A stretch of 31,275 nucleotides of DNA from a bacterium (GTDB lineage: Bacteria > Zhuqueibacterota > Zhuqueibacteria > Oceanimicrobiales > Oceanimicrobiaceae), in the NCBI GenBank assembly GCA_046757025.1, contig JBHHXN010000051.1:1-31275 (forward strand), in the 5' to 3' direction. Below are positions 9,980 to 16,023 of the stretch, piece after piece (the first letter of the stretch is position 1; every line of letters begins with the position of its first letter). The notes below the pieces were generated by a model, which did no database searches, was not told where the DNA came from, and saw only the letters and a list, made by a program, of their open reading frames with translations. The translations under genes were made by a program, and so were the position numbers.

Positions 9980-10060
9980 TAGTGAAACCCAAAAGATAAA
10001 ATGAACATATCAAATGGAATTTAATTGCAATATGTTAGTGGATTTATTGTGTAACTATTC

Positions 10061-10095
10061 AGCTATTGGCATTTAGCTGTTAGCTGTTGGCCATT
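10061..10095 (+). repeat. Left heptamer array (5 units)
   Basis: AGCTATT GGCATTT AGCTGTT AGCTGTT GGCCATT; inverted counterpart of 11698-11739. Confidence 0.8.
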
Positions 10096-10126
10096 GTTCC
10101 TAGCGCGGCGGAGCCGCAAATGTTTA

Positions 10127-10288
10127 AATGACTTGCTTTGTTGTAGTCCAAACCATGGTGCTATTATCAGCCGTCATTAAGCTTCGCTGTCATTGACAGA
10201 GGTGAATTATTGCTGCTGTCTAAAATGACGCCAAAGGCAAATGACCTGATGACTTTATGACGGGTCGTGTCATTCACTTCGCGTCATT
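10127..10288. repeat. Cluster of GTCAT/ATGAC motifs in both orientations
   Basis: Nine occurrences in about 160 bp, several paired as GTCATT-N8-10-GTCATT. Confidence 0.6.
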
Positions 10289-10354
10289 TAGCCATTTTCT
10301 TGTAAAAAAATGCAAAAGTTCAGAAGTAATACTATAAGTTGGTTGCAAACCATG

Positions 10355-11361
10355 TTAGACGTAAGAAATTCAACGATTGAGAAAAGGAATGGATAAATCA
10401 GTAGGTTATATATACATTTTAACATCTCCAAAAACCGATTGTATCAAAATAGGTGGGACGGATTATCCTCCATTAAAAAGAATAAAAGAGATAAACACAA
10501 CTGAACCCTATAAGAGTCTTGGTCCTTGGTCAATAGCTGATTTTCGCCAAGTTAATGATTGGCGAAAAGTTGAACATAATCTGCATTATACATTTAGAAG
10601 CAACTTGGATACGTCAATTGGTCAACAAAAGGAATTATTTCATGTTCCAATTCAAGATGCTTCAAAGAAATTAGATGAAATTGATCCTGAACAAATAGTA
10701 CATAAACCCAAAATAGACAGAATGTTTCAAGATGAGAATTTCTTAAACTATGTTATCAATTTATTTGTCTTTACGGGTTTAATGAATTGGTTAAATCTTC
10801 AAGGTGCGTGGACTTTTGTATTGTTTCCATCAACTTCAGGCGGAAGATATTTCACAATTAATATTGGATCTCATGAAGTGGCATTTAGCACACTTGGAAG
10901 AAAAGATTTAAAACAACAAAATATGATTTTAGTGGACAGATTAATTTTTGATTTTGGGCAGGTCATTAACTGGATAATGAGACATAATGGGACTATTGAA
11001 GTCGATCATTATGCAACAGCATTACCTCGATCGACGTCGATTATATTTGAAGGCTCTTTTGATGATGTGAATGAATTTCTAAGTTTGGATGGAGTGCGAC
11101 GAGCATTAATTGCTTATTGGAATGAAGCGTTGATTAAAATGAAAGAAAAAAATACATCGAGTGTTTATGCAAGATATCACAATTGGAATGCGGTCGCAAA
11201 ATTACATCATCGAATTGAAAATATGGAATAGCTAAAAACGTCTAACATCGCCTGCAGCCGACAGCGGGGCTGTGGATTCTTGGGTCGTTTGGAGCCTATC
11301 GAAAGTTTATTTTTATTAGCAAGTTAAGTGCCCTGAAATCCCGCTGCGGCTGAGGCACGTG
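10355..11361 (+). mobile_element. Integron gene cassette integrated outside an integron
   Basis: Begins G|TTAGACGT (10354-10362), contains one ORF, and ends in an attC whose R'' region ACGTCTAAC (11238-11246) is the exact reverse complement; right junction G|ATAGAT. Confidence 0.88.
10389..11231 (+). CDS. GIY-YIG nuclease family protein (T5orf172/MUG113-like) with uncharacterised C-terminal domain
   Basis: GYIYIL...IKIGGT...KRIKEIN...VEHNLH...KELF; AAAGGA directly before ATG 10389; AT-rich. Confidence 0.85.
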   Translation: MDKSVGYIYILTSPKTDCIKIGGTDYPPLKRIKEINTTEPYKSLGPWSIADFRQVNDWRKVEHNLHYTFRSNLDTSIGQQKELFHVPIQDASKKLDEIDPEQIVHKPKIDRMFQDENFLNYVINLFVFTGLMNWLNLQGAWTFVLFPSTSGGRYFTINIGSHEVAFSTLGRKDLKQQNMILVDRLIFDFGQVINWIMRHNGTIEVDHYATALPRSTSIIFEGSFDDVNEFLSLDGVRRALIAYWNEALIKMKEKNTSSVYARYHNWNAVAKLHHRIENME

Positions 11362-11367
11362 ATAGAT
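11240..11367 (+). other. attC recombination site
   Basis: R'' GTCTAAC. Left arm GCCT[G]CAGCCG[A]CAGCGGG (11250-11268) pairs perfectly with CCCGCTGCGGCTGAGGC (11340-11356) apart from two extra bases. R' reads G|ATAGAT. The left spacer is 4 nt, one shorter than usual. Confidence 0.88.
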
Positions 11368-11739
11368 TTCAGGACTCGGAATATTTGGAAAGTTGGGATT
11401 GCGATCGTTAAACAAGTTTACCGATTAGCAGAATTCCTTCCTGTTCAAGAAAAATATGGCTTAAGAAGTCAGATTTGTCGTTCGGCTGTATCGATACCTT
11501 CAAACATTGCCGAGGGTTGCAGTCGCCGCAGCCAAATAGATTTCAAACGGTTCCCGGAAATGACTTTAGGTTCATCGTTTGAATTCGAAACTCAATTAAT
11601 TATTATTGAAGAACTGTCTATCATCCCATCTGGAGATATCAGAGTAGTTTTGGATCAGTTAAACAAAGAACAAATGATGATAAATAATCTTATCAGCAAG
11701 CTAAAAGCTAAAAGCCAACAGCCAACAGCAAACAACTGA
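11359..11739 (+). CDS. Four-helix bundle protein (23S rRNA IVP / S23 / Avd-like family), possibly decaying
   Basis: EKYGLRSQICRSAVSIPSNIAEG...F..GSSFE.ETQL signature. The current GTG start is created by the cassette junction. Confidence 0.9.
   Translation: MIDFRTRNIWKVGIAIVKQVYRLAEFLPVQEKYGLRSQICRSAVSIPSNIAEGCSRRSQIDFKRFPEMTLGSSFEFETQLIIIEELSIIPSGDIRVVLDQLNKEQMMINNLISKLKAKSQQPTANN
11698..11739 (+). repeat. Right heptamer array (6 units) encoding the C-terminal tail KLKAKSQQPTANN
   Basis: AAGCTAA AAGCTAA AAGCCAA CAGCCAA CAGCAAA CAACTGA. Confidence 0.8.
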
Positions 11740-11782
11740 ACAGTTACTTTATTGTAGTGCAAAACAAATTTGGAGTGAAAAA

Positions 11783-13249
11783 ATGCTCAAAATCTTAATT
11801 GAAAAAGAACTCAAAGCCATTTTTCTCAGCCCCAAATTCATCGCGACTTTTGGAGTGTCTTCAATCCTAATTTTGTTGAGTATCGTTGTGGGTATTCGTG
11901 AATATAAGGCCGCGGTCAAACAATATGAATCCGCAACCCAGTTGGCAGCACAAGAGCTGCGAGAGCAGTCTTCCTACCAGGGTCTGCGAACACGCGTTTA
12001 CCGCAAACCGCATCCCATGCAGATTTTTGTTTCCGGCGTCCAGCATGACGTCGGGCGTTTGTCGGCCATCAGCTCGTTCAGTGCCATCAAATTGACCAAC
12101 AGCGTTTATTCCGACGACCCGATTTTCGCCGTGTTTCGATTTATCGATTTTACCTTCATCGTCAAAATCGTTTTGTCTTTGATCGCGGTTTTGTTTACTT
12201 ACGATGCCGTCAATGGCGAGCGAGAGAAAGGCACCTTAAAGCTGATATTTTCCAACGCCGTCCCGCGCGCGCAGTACATTCTCGCCAAGCTAATCGGTTC
12301 CTGGATCGGCATGGTGATTCCCCTTCTCATTCCGATTTTACTCGGATTACTGCTGGTTTCTTTGTTCGGGATTCCTCTGACTGGCGAACACTGGATCAAG
12401 ATTACGCTGTTGATAGGCAGCGCGATTTTATTTTTCACGTATTTCATCGCTTCTGGGCTGCTGATTTCATCGTTTACCCGGCATTCGGCCATCGCGTTTT
12501 TGATTTTATTGGTAAGCTGGGTGTTCTTTGTGTTGATTTTTCCCAGAGCCGGTGTGATGGCCGCGGGCAAATTGGTTCCCCTGCCATCGGCCGCTGAAAT
12601 TGACGGCCAGCAGGATGGCTTTGCGAAATCCCGCTGGACGCATTTCACGGAAGAAATGCAGACACGATGGCAGAAACGCTCCGCAGCCATGGCCGGCCTG
12701 TCCAAAGAAGAACGCGCAAATTATCGCGATGAGCATCTGTGGGAGTGGATGGAGGAAGAAGACGCCGCCCGCAAACAGGTTGAGGCGGCCATCAACGATT
12801 TTAATCTTAAGTTGCAGGAAGATTTGCGCAACCGTAAAGCCCAGCAGGAGCGACTGGCTTTCACCATTTCTCGCTTTTCGCCCGCTTCGGCGTTTCAACT
12901 AACCGCCATGAATTTAGCCGACACCAACATCCGCCTGAAAACGCGCTACGAAGACGCCATGCAAAACTACCGCACACAATTTATCGAATACAAAGAGAAA
13001 AAACAGAAAGAAACCGGCAGCCGTGGCGGAATTCGCATCACCCTTGACAGTGAATCTGGCATGAAAATCGACACCGGACGGGATAAAGGTCACCTGAATC
13101 TCAGCGACATGCCGAAATTTACCCCACCGCAAACTGCCCTCAACGACGCGGTCGCGCCCACAATCATCGATTTTGGTTTGCTCGCTCTGTTTACACTAAC
13201 CGCCTTTGCCGGAGCATTTGTGGCGTTTCTAAAATATGACGTTCGATGA
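11783..13249 (+). CDS. ABC-2 type transporter permease subunit 2 (paralog of 8461-9876)
   Basis: YDAVNGEREKGTLKL, DDPIFAVFRF, C-terminal FLKYDVR; GGAG RBS. Confidence 0.92.
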   Translation: MLKILIEKELKAIFLSPKFIATFGVSSILILLSIVVGIREYKAAVKQYESATQLAAQELREQSSYQGLRTRVYRKPHPMQIFVSGVQHDVGRLSAISSFSAIKLTNSVYSDDPIFAVFRFIDFTFIVKIVLSLIAVLFTYDAVNGEREKGTLKLIFSNAVPRAQYILAKLIGSWIGMVIPLLIPILLGLLLVSLFGIPLTGEHWIKITLLIGSAILFFTYFIASGLLISSFTRHSAIAFLILLVSWVFFVLIFPRAGVMAAGKLVPLPSAAEIDGQQDGFAKSRWTHFTEEMQTRWQKRSAAMAGLSKEERANYRDEHLWEWMEEEDAARKQVEAAINDFNLKLQEDLRNRKAQQERLAFTISRFSPASAFQLTAMNLADTNIRLKTRYEDAMQNYRTQFIEYKEKKQKETGSRGGIRITLDSESGMKIDTGRDKGHLNLSDMPKFTPPQTALNDAVAPTIIDFGLLALFTLTAFAGAFVAFLKYDVR

Positions 13250-13272
13250 GTCGATTTCGGGCGATTGAAAAA

Positions 13273-13713
13273 TTACTCCAGTTTCTCTAAATCAGCTAAA
13301 TCTTGCAAACGACCGGTTGCTCTTTTATTTTTTTTAAAATTTTCCAAATCGATGAAATTCATCAATATTTCATCAACCTGCACTTCAACTTTGTTAGAAT
13401 AGCAATGGTCAAAATCTACTCCTTTCAGAGCCAGAATAAGGTCAATCCGACTTGGGGGGTAACCGAGTTGAATGATTGTTTCTGGATCAAGAAAGTCTTC
13501 AGGTTGTAAACCTAATGAACCGAATCCGAATTGGTTTATAGCTTTAATCAGGTTTTCTGCATTTACTTTGTTCAGGTAAACCCAAATATCCAAATCTTTG
13601 GTATAACGTGGGTGCCCATGCAAAGCTAATGCATAGCCGCCAACAATCAGGTATCGAACGTCATTTTCGTTTAACGATTGTATAAACTCTTTGAAATCCT
13701 GGTTCAGTACCAT
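13273..13713 (-). CDS. Pol-beta-superfamily small nucleotidyltransferase
   Basis: YLIVGGYALALHGHPRYTKDLD (GG...DxD) and C-terminal NKRATGRLQDLADLE. Confidence 0.85.
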   Translation of the reverse strand: MVLNQDFKEFIQSLNENDVRYLIVGGYALALHGHPRYTKDLDIWVYLNKVNAENLIKAINQFGFGSLGLQPEDFLDPETIIQLGYPPSRIDLILALKGVDFDHCYSNKVEVQVDEILMNFIDLENFKKNKRATGRLQDLADLEKLE

Positions 13714-13861
13714 ATTTCCAGCGGTGATATTCTTGCCGTATTTGTTCTAAAGTGGCAAGGCGGGTTTCGTATGGTTGGGTTTGCCAAAAGGCAAAATCGT
13801 TTTTTTGTTGATCAATTTTTACTTTTTTAAAAACTTTTTGTATTTTAAAAAATGAATTCAC
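13661..13861 (-). CDS. Small basic protein overlapping the nucleotidyltransferase start; candidate partner/antitoxin
   Basis: 66 aa, DFAFWQTQPYETRLATLEQIRQEY...FQRVYTIVKR; 53-bp overlap with the downstream gene. Start uncertain. Confidence 0.65.
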   Translation of the reverse strand: MNSFFKIQKVFKKVKIDQQKNDFAFWQTQPYETRLATLEQIRQEYHRWKYGTEPGFQRVYTIVKRK

Positions 13862-13971
13862 AATTCAATGTAGCTATAATCATCTTATTTTTCAAGGAAT
13901 AAATCGCTGAACAACACAAGTGCTGATCTCCGCGTCATTCGTGCATCGCTCTGCAGAGGTGTTTAAAGCAT

Positions 13972-14985
13972 TCAATCTAAAATGAACTCCGAAATTTGAT
14001 ATTTAAAACTTGAAATGATTAACTGGTTTTTTGTCCACTGAAAAACCCAGATTAAAAAGGACATAAAGGGTGGAATCAATCCTGACAATAGAGCGATAAA
14101 TAATTTATTGCCCATCAAAAAAGACCACAAATTGAGCTCAGAGAAAATCACAATTGGAATGACTACTAAATAATAACAAACAATAAACGGCACAATATTG
14201 ATTAACAATCTCCTTTTTGGAGACAAATAATCTGCGGGGTTCTTTATATCCAGAATCAGATATTCCAGAATTTCAGCCCTTTCCTCAATTAGCTCCTTAA
14301 ACCTTACTGGATTCTCTTCCGCAAATTTTCTTAGTTCTGAAAGGTGACTTATAACGCCATTCAGCCTGTATTTGATGATTCTTAAAATATGCGGCGTAAT
14401 CTCACAATTCGGACTGGTTAAAAGTTTGTCGCCTTTTTCAAGCTTTTCAAGATTTTCAATGTTCGTTTGGATATGTTGTTCAACATCAGTTTCATGAACA
14501 CCATACATCAATTTTGTTTGCAGGCTCCTTAATCCAACACTACATATATAAATGTTGTAAAGATGTATCGATTTCGCTCTTATTTCGTAGAGTATTCGAT
14601 TCTGCCATTCTTTTATTTCCTGAGATATTAAATCTATTTTTGTATTTAATGCACTTCCTTGATCTTCTTTAGTGAAACGTGCAATATCTTTTGCAATTTT
14701 TGTTATGTCACCTAAGACTCTCATACTATTACTTAAAATCTTACACAAATACAAAAAGTTTTCAAACAAATTCTTCGCTTCACGGTCTAAATTCGACCCT
14801 TCTTGCCCTTGGTGTTCTTTGTTTAAAAATGCTCGCATCCGCCAAACGACCTCTGAAATACACGCAAATAATCTTCCTAATTCCCATACCTGGTAGGTTA
14901 TATCGGGCCGCTCCAATTGTTGAGAAAACAATTCTTTATCTTTTTTAGTTAGAGATATCAAATCCATCGAGCGTTTCCTAAACAT
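13972..14985 (-). CDS. Hypothetical helical protein with two C-terminal TM segments
   Basis: 337-aa AT-rich ORF; hydrophobic LLINIVPFIVCYYLVVIPIVIF and LFIALLSGLIPPFMSFLIWVF. Start may be ATG 14967. Confidence 0.7.
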   Translation of the reverse strand: MFRKRSMDLISLTKKDKELFSQQLERPDITYQVWELGRLFACISEVVWRMRAFLNKEHQGQEGSNLDREAKNLFENFLYLCKILSNSMRVLGDITKIAKDIARFTKEDQGSALNTKIDLISQEIKEWQNRILYEIRAKSIHLYNIYICSVGLRSLQTKLMYGVHETDVEQHIQTNIENLEKLEKGDKLLTSPNCEITPHILRIIKYRLNGVISHLSELRKFAEENPVRFKELIEERAEILEYLILDIKNPADYLSPKRRLLINIVPFIVCYYLVVIPIVIFSELNLWSFLMGNKLFIALLSGLIPPFMSFLIWVFQWTKNQLIISSFKYQISEFILD

Positions 14986-15069
14986 TCTTTTTTAGATACC
15001 CGACCACCGCAAATTTCAGCCACCCTGAACGATTAAAATCATTGAACAAACTTGCGGTTGATTGTTTAA

Positions 15070-15594
15070 TCAAGTCTCACGTTTGAATATTTGAATTTTG
15101 ACCTTTTTGGGGAAAAATAATCTAAATGGCTGATTCAACAATTTTAATACAAAAGGAACAATTAATAGGTCCGTCGCTTTCAATCTTAATTTATTACCTA
15201 TTCTGGCCTCGAGAAAAAAATACTCCTGCTCGTCGTTATCGCTTTTCAAGCCTACTTTATGCTTCTTGATTTTGTTTGATAATTGGATAAGCTGAGAATC
15301 CATAAGTTTTTTATTGACAAACACCTTTATTGGAAATATTTGGGTAGGCATTACCTTGATCTGACCTGAATCTGGAATTATTTTAACTGTAAACATCTTC
15401 TGGTTGTCATCGTTAAGAACGTTTATAGTCGATATTTCATTGATCCAATCAGATTCTTCAACATTCGGTACGGGAAATTGATTGATGAGGATTCTTTTCA
15501 ACTCCTGCGTTTGAGCCACTAATAATTGAGAGACACATAGCAGGAAAACAAATAAACTTGATTTAAACAATGGATAAAAATCCTTATTTATCAT
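15070..15594 (-). CDS. Hypothetical exported protein
   Basis: 174-aa ORF with GGGAG RBS and signal peptide ending LVA|Q; no recognisable family. Confidence 0.6.
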   Translation of the reverse strand: MINKDFYPLFKSSLFVFLLCVSQLLVAQTQELKRILINQFPVPNVEESDWINEISTINVLNDDNQKMFTVKIIPDSGQIKVMPTQIFPIKVFVNKKLMDSQLIQLSNKIKKHKVGLKSDNDEQEYFFLEARIGNKLRLKATDLLIVPFVLKLLNQPFRLFFPKKVKIQIFKRET

Positions 15595-16023
15595 TTTTTA
15601 AATCTCCCTTACTAATTTAGTTAAATTTGTTGTATTTTAGAAAATATATTTTTAAGAAGCAATAAATAAAAACAAAGCCAGTCCCAGCCGGCGCTGATGT
15701 ATGGTGCTCAGAGGTGACAGAAATTTTTCTTGTTGTAAAACTCCGCAGACGCGTGAAACTGGATCAATCAAAGTGGAAATAACCGGGTGTCATGCAGAAC
15801 GGATCTGTAAATGCCTGTGTAGCTCGGTTTATTAAAAAGTTTCTCCGAGTGATTTTCGGAAAATGACCATAGCGGTGTGTTTTTTTTGTTGAGGATTCGA
15901 TTTTTCACACGGACCATGAAATTACGCAAGTGCCCGCAATCCAGTGCAAATTTTTGTTGTGCCTGTAAATCAGGCTCTCAGGTTAAGATTTCCATGTCTT
16001 ATTTCACGCCCGTGAAACCCGTT

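Larger units (their letters stand above)
10051..11747. mobile_element. Non-autonomous element with IS66-like ends carrying a four-helix-bundle gene and an integron cassette
   Basis: Left end GTAACTATTCAG, right end CTGAACAGTTAC (11/12; 16/20 over 20 bp). Direct repeat TTTATTGT at 10043-10050 and 11748-11755. No transposase inside. Confidence 0.85.

Noticed and set aside
10061..10290. Repeat clusters as a CRISPR array
   Set aside because: Units are 5-7 bp with no constant-length unique spacers, and there are no cas genes.
10325..10360. Sequence before GTTAGAC as an attI or a preceding attC
   Set aside because: No intI and no paired left arm; it is better explained as the original leader and ATG of the four-helix-bundle gene.
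11359..11739. Diversity-generating retroelement, because of the Avd-like gene
   Set aside because: No reverse transcriptase and no TR/VR repeat pair seen in the window.
15000..15069. Hairpin between the orphan genes as an attC
   Set aside because: No extrahelical base pattern and no GTT/GAT core at the expected spacing.
15800..15980. Possible IS remnant ending CAGGCTCTC
   Set aside because: No matching opposite end, target duplication or transposase fragment found.
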